DNA of 48,419 nucleotides, from positions 1 to 48,419 of IMG/VR virus record IMGVR_UViG_3300050015_000776, one strand, 5' to 3'. The notes under the pieces were generated by a model, which had not been told where the DNA came from, searched no databases, and saw only the letters and a list, made by a program, of their open reading frames with translations. This stretch comes from a virus. Taxonomy: Duplodnaviria; Caudoviricetes. Made by a program: the position numbers and the translations under genes. Below are positions 8,429-17,657 of the stretch, piece by piece; position 1 is the first letter of the stretch, and every line of letters starts with the position of its first letter.

Positions 8429-8695
8429 CTAGCCCGCCTTCTTTTCGTCGGCGACGATCTGCAGGCCTTCCTTCTGTTTCGCCTCTGCGATCGCCTGCAG
8501 CGTGTCTGGCGGCGTGTAGTGGACGCCCGCGTCCCTAGCGGCAATACCTATTCCCGCTAGACCGCCGACCATGATGTATTTCGCCAGCGACAGGATCCAA
8601 GGCCACACGGCAAACAGGTCCGGATTGATGACGACGAATGCCGCCAGTGCAGCGACCAGGCCGCAGACGGTAGATCTCCACGAAGTTGGTTGCAT
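8429..8695 (-). CDS. Putative holin
   Basis: 88 aa, SWRSTVCG start, two hydrophobic segments ending GIAARD, charged C-terminus. Confidence 0.65.
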   Translation of the reverse strand: MQPTSWRSTVCGLVAALAAFVVINPDLFAVWPWILSLAKYIMVGGLAGIGIAARDAGVHYTPPDTLQAIAEAKQKEGLQIVADEKKAG

Positions 8696-8696
8696 A

Positions 8697-9308
8697 TCAC
8701 TTACGGAACGCGATCACCACGGCCGCGATCAAAGAGCCCATCGAAACCAGCGCCGCCACAATCGCGAACATGAATGCGCTCGAATCGTGCTTGCCTTCTC
8801 CCACACCTTCGCCGCGCCCAAGCCGATCCTTTATATCGCTGATCTTGTCGTTCAAACCAGACGTGATCTTATCGATGAGAACGTTCATCTGATCGATCTG
8901 TTTCGTCGTCCCCGCGTCCGATTTACCGATCGTCTGTGCAAAATTTGTGTTCTGCTTTTCGACGGCTTCCTTCGCCGCCTGGAGAGCCGCATCCACAGCG
9001 ACTTTGGCATCCTTTGACGATTGTTCTACTCGAACGTCCCGTTCCTTGAACTGAATCTGAATGGACTCAAATTTGACATCCTGGACCGCCTGGAGTGCGG
9101 CGATTTTCTCGTCTACCCGAGCGGGCATTTTATCCCGGGCCTCGTGAACCAGTGTGACTGCCTTGTCCATCTGGTCGAGACGCAGATTGAGGAGGTCCTT
9201 GAGTTGAGAAATCTCCCTCCGCAACTGCGCGGTCGTTAACAAGGTCGGGTCTGGCCGAGGCGTCAGATCGGCCTCCCTTCCCGGGTTAACCGGTTCGTCA
9301 GAGTTCAT
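8697..9308 (-). CDS. Coiled-coil protein with C-terminal TM anchor (lysis-associated?)
   Basis: Long heptad-rich region, then MFAIVAALVSMGSLIAAVVIAFRK; adjacent to the holin. Confidence 0.75.
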   Translation of the reverse strand: MNSDEPVNPGREADLTPRPDPTLLTTAQLRREISQLKDLLNLRLDQMDKAVTLVHEARDKMPARVDEKIAALQAVQDVKFESIQIQFKERDVRVEQSSKDAKVAVDAALQAAKEAVEKQNTNFAQTIGKSDAGTTKQIDQMNVLIDKITSGLNDKISDIKDRLGRGEGVGEGKHDSSAFMFAIVAALVSMGSLIAAVVIAFRK

Positions 9309-9643
9309 TCGTTGCCGCTACAAGCGGTGGCCTCCGCCCGAATTACTTCGTCCCACGAGCGGCGATGGCTGAAGCACAAATGCCCGCTGACCTCGAGATG
9401 CTCGCGCCGGATCCCGAAAGAACCAGGCCGCAGCTCGAGCCGGCTGATGTCGATTCTGCCGCAGGCGCTGCCGTCAGCGGCGCCGCCGAGCAAAATCTCT
9501 CCAATGACCTTCGCAGACTTCTGCCGGACGGTCGCCAGGCCCGCGTCGAGCAGATGCGCGGCGGCGGCCGGCGCCGCATAGAACACGTCCTCTGCGCCGC
9601 GGTACACGGCGACGCGGCGTTTGAAGCGCCTCGGTTTAGGCAT
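9305..9643 (-). CDS. Hypothetical protein
   Basis: ATG start; ATGA coupling to the next gene. Confidence 0.6.
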   Translation of the reverse strand: MPKPRRFKRRVAVYRGAEDVFYAAPAAAAHLLDAGLATVRQKSAKVIGEILLGGAADGSACGRIDISRLELRPGSFGIRREHLEVSGHLCFSHRRSWDEVIRAEATACSGNE

Positions 9644-9823
9644 AGCAATGTTATGGAGTGGAGACCGGGATCTGGTTGAGACGAGCGCCGCCAGTTCGGC
9701 ACAAGCGACCCGTATCGCTCAGCCCCGCGCGGGGAGGCCTGCTGCAATGAACATATCATTAAACAATTGTTCAAGCAAACCAGCGTCAACCTTCGCCGGC
9801 CTTCCACCAACTGAAGTGCTCTA

Positions 9824-10498
9824 CTAAGATTCGGCCGCGGCGACTCCAGAAATCTGCGCGGGTTCCAATGCGCACCTTTTCTCGAGCTGTTTCCTAAACG
9901 CGTCTAGGTCGATTGGTCTGATGCGTCGGGCCAGTTGGATGGGCGAACGACCGTTCGGATGCTCGACCCGCCGAAACGACAAGACGCCGGCGTCCATTGC
10001 ACTGATAACTGCTGACCTCTCGATACCCAGGAGCACCGCCGCTTGGCCGGGAGAGAGGCACCAGACTTCTCTTTTAAGCTTCGCAAGACCTTGGGCGTAA
10101 TTGAGTCGCCGCGTCCTCTCCTGATCCTCCCCTTCAGCGCGCAGGCCTTCCCTCGCTTTTTTCCGGTCCTCTTCTTCAACAGCGTCCGGGACGCGCTTTT
10201 GCCAGCGTGCAAATTCGTAAATGTTGTACCTTCCCAATTCTGGAAACTCTCCCCAATACACGACGACGACTCCAATGGATTCCAGTTCTTGAATGCCAAG
10301 GAGAGCCTCATTTTCAGACAACTCGCACTCGTTCGCCATTGCTCCGAGCGGGCGCCCTTCGACCAATTCGCCCCAGAACTCGACGCCGTTTTCAATCTTT
10401 AAAATCCGCTCTTGCTTGTGCCAGTCGAGCGCAATGTAGCACCGAGTCGCGTGATTGGTGATGCCTAACTTGAGAAGGTTCAACAGTGGATCATCCAT
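9824..10498 (-). CDS. Putative DNA-binding regulator (C-terminal excisionase-type HTH); possible late regulator
   Basis: GGAG RBS before MDDPLL; LSPGQAAVLLGIERSAV...RIRPIDLDAF; last early gene before the lysis genes. Confidence 0.6.
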   Translation of the reverse strand: MDDPLLNLLKLGITNHATRCYIALDWHKQERILKIENGVEFWGELVEGRPLGAMANECELSENEALLGIQELESIGVVVVYWGEFPELGRYNIYEFARWQKRVPDAVEEEDRKKAREGLRAEGEDQERTRRLNYAQGLAKLKREVWCLSPGQAAVLLGIERSAVISAMDAGVLSFRRVEHPNGRSPIQLARRIRPIDLDAFRKQLEKRCALEPAQISGVAAAES

Positions 10499-10591
10499 GT
10501 CTTTCTCCGATTGCGCTGCTTTGGGCTGCAGCATCGCCAACTGCTCCGCACCCGCGCTCCAAGAGCTGCCAGACGGACCCGATCGCCGGCA

Positions 10592-10903
10592 TTATCTGTT
10601 CCACCAATACTCGCGCCGGGCCTTGCTATTTCGCGCAGGCTTCGCGGGCCCGCGCTTATCCTTCCGCTTGCGAGGCAGCGGCCGGCAGGTGCAGGGGCAA
10701 CTTTCTATGCAGACCACGCCCTCGTTCTCCGGGCGCCAGTCCAGCGGCGACGTCGGTAAGTGCTTCGACAGCTCCACATATTGGGCCTCGCTGAGCACCA
10801 CCGCCCGCAACTTCAGCAGCTTGCCGTCAGGCTGCCGGCGGATCGGCCGCAGCGTGTAAATCATGCGGTGCCCGTGACCATCGCAGAGAATGCATTTCGG
10901 CAT
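10592..10903 (-). CDS. Zn-binding hypothetical protein
   Basis: CILCDGHG...CPCTC; TAATG coupling to the replication gene. Confidence 0.65.
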   Translation of the reverse strand: MPKCILCDGHGHRMIYTLRPIRRQPDGKLLKLRAVVLSEAQYVELSKHLPTSPLDWRPENEGVVCIESCPCTCRPLPRKRKDKRGPAKPARNSKARREYWWNR

Positions 10904-11907
10904 TAAACACCCCCAGGCAGCCAGCTCTGTTCCGGACCTTTGCGCGTCCCCTCTGCTTGCGCCAGATGAGCAAACCATTTCCATCCTCGCGCGCCGCCGC
11001 CCTGCTTGGCCTTGCATTTCTCGTGGATCCAATCGTCGAAATCCTGGACGGTTGCGAAGTAGGCGCCGACCTCTAGGCAAATAGCCTCATCCGGGTAGCG
11101 AGCCGGTCCGTTCTGCAAATTCCCGGCATGAGTCCGAATCTCGACGAGGCATTCGGCGATGTGGTTCCAGTGCTGCTCCCACCACGGCTGCGTTCCGTTC
11201 GCTGCTTTTGCAGTCCCGTTTCGCGGCGGCGGCGGCGGCGTAACAACCTTCGGACCCTCTTCGCCGCCGCTGTACGGAGACGGAGACGGAGACGGAGACG
11301 GAGACGGAGACGGAGACGGAGGGGGCGTACACTGGGCGTCGCGCTCAGCGTCCGGCGATACGCTGATTCCAGAAGAGTTACGGTATTTTCTAGCGTTTGT
11401 TCGCCCTATCTTTCCGTCGCGAAAGAAACCATTTTCGCTATTTTTTTCTATCGTGTTTCGCTTTTCCTTTGGTTCGGTTTGGTCCTCCGTGCCGATGCCG
11501 CCGGAGGTTGCTGACCCTTCGCCAGCGTCACGCTCGGCGTCACGCTGCGCCTGCGCTGATCGCTCCGCTTGGCGCTTCGCTGCGCGTTTCCGATTGGTCT
11601 CTTCGGCGCCGCGCCTCCGGTCCTCTTTAGACTGCAAAACGCTCGGACGCTTTTCATCCACTTTTTTGTTGTGAAGCCGTCCGTCCACCGCGAAGAAGCA
11701 CTTCGATACCACAGGCCACGCCCTCTTAAATTCTTTCGAATCGCACATGGCCAAACGGCACAGCGTGTTCTCATCTGCAGGCAGGCTGCCTTGATCCCAG
11801 CAGATATCCAAGAGGTCGCGATACACGCCACGCTGCTCTGCGCTCATCGCGAGCACGGCGGTGTCCTGGCGCCAGTTGGATATGTACCACGGGTAACTCT
11901 GCATCAT
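10903..11907 (-). CDS. Replication initiator, DUF1376/YdaU-like
   Basis: YPWYISNWRQDT..MSAEQRGVYRDLLDICWDQGSLP...DGRLHNKKV, then a low-complexity linker and (SP)n tract. Confidence 0.8.
   Translation of the reverse strand: MMQSYPWYISNWRQDTAVLAMSAEQRGVYRDLLDICWDQGSLPADENTLCRLAMCDSKEFKRAWPVVSKCFFAVDGRLHNKKVDEKRPSVLQSKEDRRRGAEETNRKRAAKRQAERSAQAQRDAERDAGEGSATSGGIGTEDQTEPKEKRNTIEKNSENGFFRDGKIGRTNARKYRNSSGISVSPDAERDAQCTPPPSPSPSPSPSPSPSPYSGGEEGPKVVTPPPPPRNGTAKAANGTQPWWEQHWNHIAECLVEIRTHAGNLQNGPARYPDEAICLEVGAYFATVQDFDDWIHEKCKAKQGGGARGWKWFAHLAQAEGTRKGPEQSWLPGGV
11274..11321. repeat. (ACGGAG)8 microsatellite encoding a Ser-Pro tract
   Basis: Seen directly in the sequence. Confidence 0.9.
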
Positions 11908-12230
11908 GCCGCTCCGCCTCCTGCAGCTTTGAACACCGTCTTCATGCGTGCGTCCAGCTCGCGCACGAGCGCCGCCTTGGTCGGCCGGTGCGCGCACAGG
12001 CGCCAGCTGAGCAGCTCGTATATCACAACCGAGCAGCTCGAGCAGAGGTCGCCGCGCGCGTCCGTCGGATCCCAGAAGCAAGGCGGGTTACATGGCTCGC
12101 GGTCTGTGCAGCGGCAGACCCTGCACCGCAGAAGCCCGTCCCGATCGTGCAGGTACTTCGGCCTCGCCGCTGGCTCGTTCCCCTTCTTCTGCCGGCGCCC
12201 ACGTTTATTTGCTTGCGTAAAATGCCGCCT
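11904..12230 (-). pseudogene. Cys-rich Zn-finger reading frame without an in-frame canonical start codon near its 5' end
   Basis: Frame encodes CRVCRCTDREPCNPPCFW...DLCSSC and its TGA overlaps the replication ATG. The nearby GTG (12202) is out of frame by one base. Confidence 0.6.
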
Positions 12231-12441
12231 TTACTTGAGGTGCACTCGGCGGCGCATGGCCCGCGCATTGACCGTGCAGATAACGGAAGTTGTCATATAG
12301 CTCCGGTCGATCGGCGACGACGTTATCGATCCGCTTCGCGATCGCGGCGAGCACGTCGTCCCAACCAGGCCGCTCAACTGCCAGGTGAGCCAAGGCAAGC
12401 AGCGTGACCTGGCGTTCCTCCTCATTCAGCTCGAGCGTCAT
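12205..12441 (-). CDS. Hypothetical protein
   Basis: ATGA-coupled; MTLELNEEERQVTLLALAHL. Confidence 0.65.
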   Translation of the reverse strand: MTLELNEEERQVTLLALAHLAVERPGWDDVLAAIAKRIDNVVADRPELYDNFRYLHGQCAGHAPPSAPQVKAAFYASK

Positions 12442-12785
12442 CTCGCACCGTCCTTTCTTTGCTCGCCCAGAGGTTCTTGAAGTCGGGTTTTCGCGACTTC
12501 AAAATCAACTTTTGAACTGTGGCCCTTTTGCCACGCTTCAGTCGGCGCGCGATAGTCGGCCGTGGCGAGGTCGTGCTGGACCGTGGCTGCGTCGATATCA
12601 AGGCCGCCCGCCAGCGCCACAGCGGCCGCCCCGGGCGCAGACAGCGCCGCTTCCAGCTCGGCCTCGACGCGCGCCTGGACCAGCTCGGCGACCACTTCCG
12701 CCGCGGGATCGCCACTGGCCACGCCCAGGCCCTCGCAGATATCTGCAGCGGTTCGCTTCACATTCGCACTGATCAAAGTGCTCAT
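12438..12785 (-). CDS. Hypothetical protein
   Basis: Tightly packed in the operon with ATGA coupling. Confidence 0.6.
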   Translation of the reverse strand: MSTLISANVKRTAADICEGLGVASGDPAAEVVAELVQARVEAELEAALSAPGAAAVALAGGLDIDAATVQHDLATADYRAPTEAWQKGHSSKVDFEVAKTRLQEPLGEQRKDGAR

Positions 12786-12789
12786 CTGC

Positions 12790-13095
12790 TCAACCAGTCT
12801 TCCTCTCCGACAGCAGTGCTGAGTTGCGGTGTCCTCCGTTGGCCCGCGAAATCTTCAGGAGATCCGGGCGATCGTCTCTCTCGTCCGGAAGATTAAAAAA
12901 CGCAGTGTTGCCGGGAGCACTACCGCATACGGCCTTTACGAGATCGACCTCGACCTTGGCAGAGTTAATAATCGTCTGTGCAACTCCGCTGATCACCCGG
13001 GCCCGTTCCAGGTCCATGGGGTTGTCAGGATCCTTCAGCGCTTCGAGCGTCTCAAACAGGTGGTCTCGGAGATCGGTTATTTTGTTCTTTGCCAT
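12790..13095 (-). CDS. Conserved phage protein (partner of the upstream HNH gene)
   Basis: MAKNKITDLRDHLFETLEAL...RARVISGVAQTIINSAKVEVD, a pattern typical of this pair. Confidence 0.8.
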   Translation of the reverse strand: MAKNKITDLRDHLFETLEALKDPDNPMDLERARVISGVAQTIINSAKVEVDLVKAVCGSAPGNTAFFNLPDERDDRPDLLKISRANGGHRNSALLSERKTG

Positions 13096-13771
13096 CCCGC
13101 TTCCTTATCTGGCGCTTCAGTGCGCCGCTCAGCTGGATCACTTCCGCCAACTCGCGCGGCAACCGGTTCCACATGCTATTCCGGCGAGCGTTGTCAGCCA
13201 TGGAGAGCAGCTCCAGGTTCTCGATCACACAGCGCGAACGATCGCCGTCCTTGAACAGCACCACGTGCTTCGGAGGTATCGGGCCATTGTGTTGCTCCCA
13301 AACATAACGACCGTACAGCGGCCATACCTTCGTGTTTCCGAAACCCGTAGGCTCTTTCCCATACATCGCCTCCCGGACCTTGATCCGGAGGTAGCCTTGG
13401 GGGTCTGGAAGTATCGTGCCGATGTGCCTCCAGTTCCTCGCCGCGACGCCAGATCGACCTCCTTTTTTGAACTGCGTTTCCTGCATCCGGCCGGCATGCC
13501 AGCCCGGACGCCTCAAACCCTTGTTCGCCGGCACATGGCCCTTCGGAAACTGCGTCCGTTCAGAACCCCGCATGGCCTGGCCTTTTCGGAGGCGGCCGGA
13601 TTCTTCGCTATCGAGAAACTCCAGCGACTTCGACAGCCCGAGCTTAAAAGCCATCCCGTATACGGCCGTGCGCCCACGCCCCAGTGCCTTGGCGAGCTCC
13701 AGAGTCGGGCGCACCGCGTAATGTTCTTTCAATCGCGCACGCTCATCATCGGTCCAGAATCTACGAGGCAC
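13052..13771 (-). CDS. HNH-family endonuclease-like protein with N-terminal HTH
   Basis: WTDDE..LKEHY, TQFPKGHVPANKG/TQFKKG repeats, VWEQHNGPIP..HVVLFKDGD....IENLELLS..DN. Confidence 0.85.
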   Translation of the reverse strand: MPRRFWTDDERARLKEHYAVRPTLELAKALGRGRTAVYGMAFKLGLSKSLEFLDSEESGRLRKGQAMRGSERTQFPKGHVPANKGLRRPGWHAGRMQETQFKKGGRSGVAARNWRHIGTILPDPQGYLRIKVREAMYGKEPTGFGNTKVWPLYGRYVWEQHNGPIPPKHVVLFKDGDRSRCVIENLELLSMADNARRNSMWNRLPRELAEVIQLSGALKRQIRKRDGKEQNNRSPRPPV

Positions 13772-14005
13772 CTAATTAGCCTCCAGCGGTCGTTCATTCT
13801 CTCCGCACACATCCAGCAGCGGCGCGCTCTCCTGGCGCTGCACCCCCTTGGGCGCCCCACAGTCGTTGTGCATCACGCGTCCGCCTTCGAAGTGGTATCT
13901 GTGGTGCTGTCCGATCGGGCCGCCACAGGCGAAACAGATCCGCCGCGGCCCGGTCGTGATCGGGCGGCCGCACGTCGGGCACACCTTTGGGGCCGACTCA
14001 CTCAT
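13772..14005 (-). CDS. Small Zn-finger protein
   Basis: CPTCG, CFACG, HNDC. Confidence 0.65.
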   Translation of the reverse strand: MSESAPKVCPTCGRPITTGPRRICFACGGPIGQHHRYHFEGGRVMHNDCGAPKGVQRQESAPLLDVCGENERPLEAN

Positions 14006-14415
14006 TTGCTCCACCGCCAGTGATAGACGTGGCCGACGAACGGCAGGCGCTCGTCCCAGAACGGCATCATCAGGAGCTCGAAGCAGCCGGTATGTTTCGG
14101 CAGCGGAGGATCGGTGATGGCCCAGACCGTCGCGTCCAGGCGAAAACCGTCCCGCCAGGCGAGCAGGTCCTTCTCGTCGCTGTCCAACTCAACCTCGTCG
14201 ACGAAGACGCGATGGTCCTCGGTTATGCGAATCGGCTCGACTTTTATACATGGGAACCGCCCCAGCAGGACCGCTCCCTTCTGCCGGAGGCCAGTGTAAA
14301 GGTGCATCGTGTTGCCGGGCTTGTCGCGCAGGCAGCGTACCGCCCGGATGGTGTGGGTCTTGCTCCCCTCAACGATGTAGGGCACGAAACGCTTGTTGAA
14401 TCCGTAGAGGCCCAT
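14002..14415 (-). CDS. ASCH/PUA-like domain protein
   Basis: F.KRFVPYIVEGSKTHTIR...PGNTMHLYTGLR...LAWRDGF. Confidence 0.75.
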   Translation of the reverse strand: MGLYGFNKRFVPYIVEGSKTHTIRAVRCLRDKPGNTMHLYTGLRQKGAVLLGRFPCIKVEPIRITEDHRVFVDEVELDSDEKDLLAWRDGFRLDATVWAITDPPLPKHTGCFELLMMPFWDERLPFVGHVYHWRWSK

Positions 14416-14416
14416 G

Positions 14417-15187
14417 TCAGCCCCTTGCCGCCGCACGCAATTCGATGATGCTCATCCGGCAGGACTCCGCCGAATTGCTGAAACCGCCTTCCTCGAGCAG
14501 TTCTGCGTCGTTCTCCATTCCATCCGCGGTGCGCACGAGCAACTTCCGCAGCCGCTCCACCCCTGCGACCGCTTCCTCAGCAAGCGCCCGGTTCTTCTCG
14601 ACCGAACGGAATAGGGCCGCCTCGTGCTCCTTGCGGGCGGCGATCTCTGCTTCGTGCTCGCACGGTCCCGAGGCTGCGAGGGCGGCACGCAACGGCTGCA
14701 ACTTGAGCCTCTGTATGGACATGAGCGGGTCGTCACCGCCCATCCGGTCCAGCCCGCTTTCCAGTTTCTCGACGTATGTCTTTACTGCCTCCCGCATCCG
14801 GCACTCCCCGCCGCCTTTCGCCGCTGCCCGCAGGCGAGCGGCAAGCCCAGTCTCTATGCCATGCAGGCCATCAATCTCTTCGAGGTGTCTCGCCAGATCG
14901 TCGAGGAACGGAGCAGCCTCCCCGCACAGCGCCTTCAGCCGCTCCACTTCTTCGGCATGCTCGCACGGCCCCGAGGCGGCGAGGGCGGAACGCTCACGCA
15001 ATTCCGTACGCCACCAGTACGCGCCCTGCCCTTCTTCGCGACCATGGAACCCGCCCAACTCTCCCAGCGCCCATCGGATAGCGGTTTGCATCCGGCACTC
15101 CCGCGCCTTTGCCATGCGCAGGTCGATCTTCGCGTTGGCGAGAGCGTCCTCCAACCCTGCAATTACCCCCGGGTTATCTTTCGTCAT
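14417..15187 (-). CDS. Hypothetical protein with internal duplication
   Basis: Two copies of ECRM...ALAASGPCEH...VERL...LRAAA. Confidence 0.7.
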   Translation of the reverse strand: MTKDNPGVIAGLEDALANAKIDLRMAKARECRMQTAIRWALGELGGFHGREEGQGAYWWRTELRERSALAASGPCEHAEEVERLKALCGEAAPFLDDLARHLEEIDGLHGIETGLAARLRAAAKGGGECRMREAVKTYVEKLESGLDRMGGDDPLMSIQRLKLQPLRAALAASGPCEHEAEIAARKEHEAALFRSVEKNRALAEEAVAGVERLRKLLVRTADGMENDAELLEEGGFSNSAESCRMSIIELRAAARG

Positions 15188-16167
15188 CGGGAAACCTCCG
15201 GCATCTCATTCCATTCGCGGCCGTCCAGCACTCGGCCAGCGGCGTGCTTGCCGAGATGAAGAAGATCGTTTCCGCAGCGTGGATCGAATTCGAAGCGATA
15301 TTTTCCGCCCGTCTTATTGATTGCCCCCTCGATCATTTCGAGACGTGCCGGCGCGTACTCGCCCCACTGCTTGAAGAAAAACTTCACCGCCGCCGCTACG
15401 CATTGGCCGCGGATGGACCGTACCCAGTCGGGGTGCATGGGCCGCGCGCCAGGTCCGGACTCGCCGCCGACAATCACCCAGTCGAGTTTGCGTGGAACGA
15501 GGGCGCCTGGGTCCACGCCTGCATTACTCAGCGCATCCAGGTACCGGCCAATTCCGCTCGCACTCGGCAGATTTTGCAGGTCCACCGGCCCTAGCAACGG
15601 CTCCACGCTCACGAAACGCACGGCCGCCGGCGTCTGGAGGAGCAACGGAATCCTCGCATCGGCGGCTTCCTGATTTTCCACAGAGACGCCGAGCCAAATG
15701 AATTCCGGCATTGTCCAGTGCATCCCGAAGATTCGATTCATCACAATGGGGACACGCGCCGCCATCACATCGCCGCGTTTCGTGAGGATCTGATACGTGT
15801 GTTGTGGGGCGCTGAACATCACCCGGAAGATTCGCTCCAGGTCCGTAAGCGTCACGTCCTTGTGGAATAAATCGCTCATCGAATTGACGAAGATTCTGCG
15901 CGGTTTTCGCCAGTGCAGCGGCACTTCAAGTTTCGACTTCACCAACTCAACTTTGCCCGTCCAGCGCGGGCCGGCCGAGGTCAACTGCACAAATCCGGCG
16001 TATATTCCCGCTGGAGATTTTGGCGCGGCGCCCGAGGCTTTGGGCCTTGCAAATCGCGCGGCGAACTTCTCCGCATAGCAGTTTCGGCAGCCCTCGCTCA
16101 CACGCGAACAGCCGCGCGTTGGGTTCCAAGTGGCGTCAGTCCATTCGATGCTTGTTTTGCTGCCCAT
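15184..16167 (-). CDS. DUF5131 (phage Gp37/Gp68, radical-SAM-like) protein
   Basis: TSIEWTDATWNPTRGCSRVSEGCRNCYA, FVNSMSDLFH, WLGVSVENQ, WVIVGGESG..ARPM, FFFKQWG. Confidence 0.92.
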   Translation of the reverse strand: MGSKTSIEWTDATWNPTRGCSRVSEGCRNCYAEKFAARFARPKASGAAPKSPAGIYAGFVQLTSAGPRWTGKVELVKSKLEVPLHWRKPRRIFVNSMSDLFHKDVTLTDLERIFRVMFSAPQHTYQILTKRGDVMAARVPIVMNRIFGMHWTMPEFIWLGVSVENQEAADARIPLLLQTPAAVRFVSVEPLLGPVDLQNLPSASGIGRYLDALSNAGVDPGALVPRKLDWVIVGGESGPGARPMHPDWVRSIRGQCVAAAVKFFFKQWGEYAPARLEMIEGAINKTGGKYRFEFDPRCGNDLLHLGKHAAGRVLDGREWNEMPEVSR

Positions 16168-16592
16168 CAGAGACCTTCCTTTGGCGCAGCCAGCTGCTTG
16201 AACGTGGTTTCGCACAGAAACTCGAACAGCGTCTGGCCATTGGGCTGCAGCATGTACGGCGCATAGACCTCCTCTGCCTTGACCATCCCTACCTCGATCA
16301 AAGCGAGCTGGGCCTGCACCCAGCGGTAGAGCTGCCGCCACGCCACGCGCTCCGCCTGTGCCTTGTCGCCGCGGACGTGCTTGAGGATCGGATCGATGCG
16401 CACTGGCAGGGCAAACGCGACGACGACGCTGTTCACCGGAATCGTGAACCGCAGCCCTGTGATTTTACCCGTCGGTGCATAGTCGCAAGCGATCTGGCGC
16501 GCGCCTGACGCTACCAGCAGCCCGCTGATTTCCGCCGCCGTTCTTCCGGAGTCGATCGAGGTCGTCCCCATGAAAATCGTGCTCTTCGCCAT
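16167..16592 (-). CDS. Conserved hypothetical phage protein
   Basis: QAERVAWRQLYRWVQAQLALIEVG..EEVYAPY...GQTLFE. Confidence 0.75.
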   Translation of the reverse strand: MAKSTIFMGTTSIDSGRTAAEISGLLVASGARQIACDYAPTGKITGLRFTIPVNSVVVAFALPVRIDPILKHVRGDKAQAERVAWRQLYRWVQAQLALIEVGMVKAEEVYAPYMLQPNGQTLFEFLCETTFKQLAAPKEGL

Positions 16593-16765
16593 CAAATGTC
16601 CCCTTCGGGTTGCCGGCTGGTTGGTGGCGTCGCCGGCGCGTCCTCGCGTTCCTTGCTGCATGCGTTGCACCAGACCATGCTTACCGGGTTCTCTGCGCCG
16701 CAATGGGCGCAGCGCCAGGTGCGAGGCGCCTCTGCTTTATCCGAGCCCTGACGCGCGTCGTTCAC
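16592..16765 (-). CDS. 57-aa RanBP2-type zinc-finger protein (absent from the ORF track)
   Basis: WRCAHCGAENPVSMVWCNAC fits W-x-C-x2-C-x3-N-x6-C-x2-C exactly; coupled on both sides (GTGA, TGATG). Confidence 0.75.
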   Translation of the reverse strand: MNDARQGSDKAEAPRTWRCAHCGAENPVSMVWCNACSKEREDAPATPPTSRQPEGDI

Positions 16766-17190
16766 AGCTCACCCTCCCCCGCAATGTAGGGCTCCGCGAC
16801 CAGTTCCAGCCGGGGCTCGGCGCGATCGCAGTACAACTTGGTCGGTCCCCAGTGGATCAGCCGGTCGTTCGAGATGAAAGCGTTAGTCTGCAGCCAGTCG
16901 CCGATCGCCTTGTGGTAATTGTCACGATCCCCTCGAATCAGATTCGGCAGGTAGATGTTCAGGGACACCAGCGTGCGCGAGCCAATCGGCAAGCGCACGC
17001 CAGCACGTCTCACCATGTTTGAGAGTGCGATCGCGCTGTACGCCGTGGCAGCCATCCACGTCAGATAGGCCTTGGACGGTTTCATTTCGCGGCGGCTCAC
17101 GCGCGAGTTGCCCTTGGTCGGCGTGCGGCCAGGGAGGATCAGCCGGAAGCCGCCACGAGTCGTCTTGCCCGCCCACAGTTGCGCCGGCAT
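16762..17190 (-). CDS. RusA-like Holliday junction resolvase
   Basis: PTKGNS...RGDRDNYHKAIGDWL.....NDRLI. Confidence 0.8.
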   Translation of the reverse strand: MPAQLWAGKTTRGGFRLILPGRTPTKGNSRVSRREMKPSKAYLTWMAATAYSAIALSNMVRRAGVRLPIGSRTLVSLNIYLPNLIRGDRDNYHKAIGDWLQTNAFISNDRLIHWGPTKLYCDRAEPRLELVAEPYIAGEGEL

Positions 17191-17421
17191 TTACTTCGGG
17201 GCCTCCTCCACCTCATACGGCGTGAATTGCGGGTTGCCCACGTTGATCGAGTTTACGAGCCGTATAAACGATCGCCTGATGTCCGCGACTTTGGGAACGC
17301 AGGCGGCCCCGGTTGCGGTTCCAAGCGCGATCAACAGGACGTCGAATTCTGCGTCGGTGATAGTGATATGAACAAGCCCGTCTTTGCGTGTCATTGGCAT
17401 TTGCACCTCCTCGCCGTTCAA
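17191..17421 (-). CDS. Hypothetical protein
   Basis: Packed in the operon; an alternative start follows a GAGG RBS at about 17400. Confidence 0.6.
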   Translation of the reverse strand: MNGEEVQMPMTRKDGLVHITITDAEFDVLLIALGTATGAACVPKVADIRRSFIRLVNSINVGNPQFTPYEVEEAPK

Positions 17422-17657
17422 AGAATCAGCCGAAGCGGATAGCAGATCGAGTTCGGCGATGGCTCGCGCTGGCTCTGCAACTCACGATCGAACTGCGAGA
17501 GGTCCTGGCCCTTTCGCGCTGCGATCCGAGTAACCAGGCACTTGACCTCGATACCGCTGTCCGTTGTGCCTTCCCAGAGCCGCGCGGGTACCGGCTCTGC
17601 GCCGGCGCGCGGCAGGATGTCCACAATCCTGCCGGTGCTTTCGATCGTGATCTTCAT
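17418..17657 (-). CDS. Hypothetical protein
   Basis: MKITIEST...PARLWEGTTDSGIEV; ATGA coupling. Confidence 0.7.
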   Translation of the reverse strand: MKITIESTGRIVDILPRAGAEPVPARLWEGTTDSGIEVKCLVTRIAARKGQDLSQFDRELQSQREPSPNSICYPLRLIL

